From NCBI GenBank assembly GCA_044892525.1, contig CM097886.1, positions 173,650,312 through 173,714,311 on the forward strand: a stretch of 64,000 nt of DNA, read 5' to 3'. The DNA is from Schmidtea polychroa. Its lineage: Eukaryota. This document shows, piece by piece, positions 63,791-64,000 of the stretch (positions are counted from its first letter, which is position 1; each line of letters opens with the position of its first letter). The notes under the pieces were generated by a model, which worked only from the letters and a program-made list of their open reading frames with translations, did not search any database and was not told the origin of the DNA. The translations under genes and the position numbers were made by a program.

Positions 63791-64000
63791 GTCAACCCAG
63801 TCGTGTGTGGGTATTTCAATTTCTATTCTCAGCGTCATTAGCTGACTGGGAAAATACTGCATGTGGCATATGTAAGTATGTACTGGTGTGTATTAGTGCG
63901 TGTGACTTGTCTCGTATGTTCTCTCGTTATCTAACGTTAAAGTTTTACAGCTGATCATATTACACCGCGAGTTGGATTTAATTCGTTTAATCAATATGCT

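Larger units (their letters stand above)
24487..64000. repeat. Head-to-tail tandem array of a 2,806-bp unit (14 full copies plus partial 15th, continuing past the window end)
   Basis: All ORF-track features recur every 2,806 bp (2,805 for unit 13, 1-bp deletion near 59800). Units start at 24487, 27293, 30099, 32905, 35711, 38517, 41323, 44129, 46935, 49741, 52547, 55353, 58159, 60964, 63770. Confidence 0.99.

Noticed and set aside
24487-64000. Array as CRISPR, rDNA, 5S, histone cluster or Helitron tandem
   Set aside because: No short repeat-spacer alternation, no recognisable rRNA/5S/histone sequence, and no TC...hairpin-CTRR termini at the junction.

Overview
AT-rich, intron-containing eukaryotic DNA; the taxon cannot be called from this window. 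It has two sharply different halves. (1) 1-24,486 is a dense graveyard of decayed mobile DNA and local duplications: hAT, piggyBac, Tc1/IS630, mariner and Ty3/Gypsy (gag plus protease) fragments, and two related pieces of an R2 non-LTR retrotransposon. Both R2 pieces keep an HDV-like ribozyme fold and a 28S rDNA target remnant although they lie outside rDNA. There is also a probable endogenous Phenuiviridae-like nucleoprotein fragment and a possible CRESS-virus Rep fragment. Almost all recognisable fragments between about 7.6 and 24.3 kb are on the minus strand. (2) 24,487 to the window end is a head-to-tail array of a 2,806-bp unit: 14 full copies plus a partial 15th, nearly identical, with a few shared and a few private variants. 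The unit is not recognisable as rDNA, 5S, histone or snRNA repeat. It carries a GC-rich 101-codon orphan ORF bracketed by consensus GT-AG introns on the plus strand, several GC-rich islands that fold preferentially on the minus strand (one with a C(UUCG)G tetraloop, one with an Sm-like site), and a long T-rich tract. All family assignments come from motif recognition by eye, not database searches.
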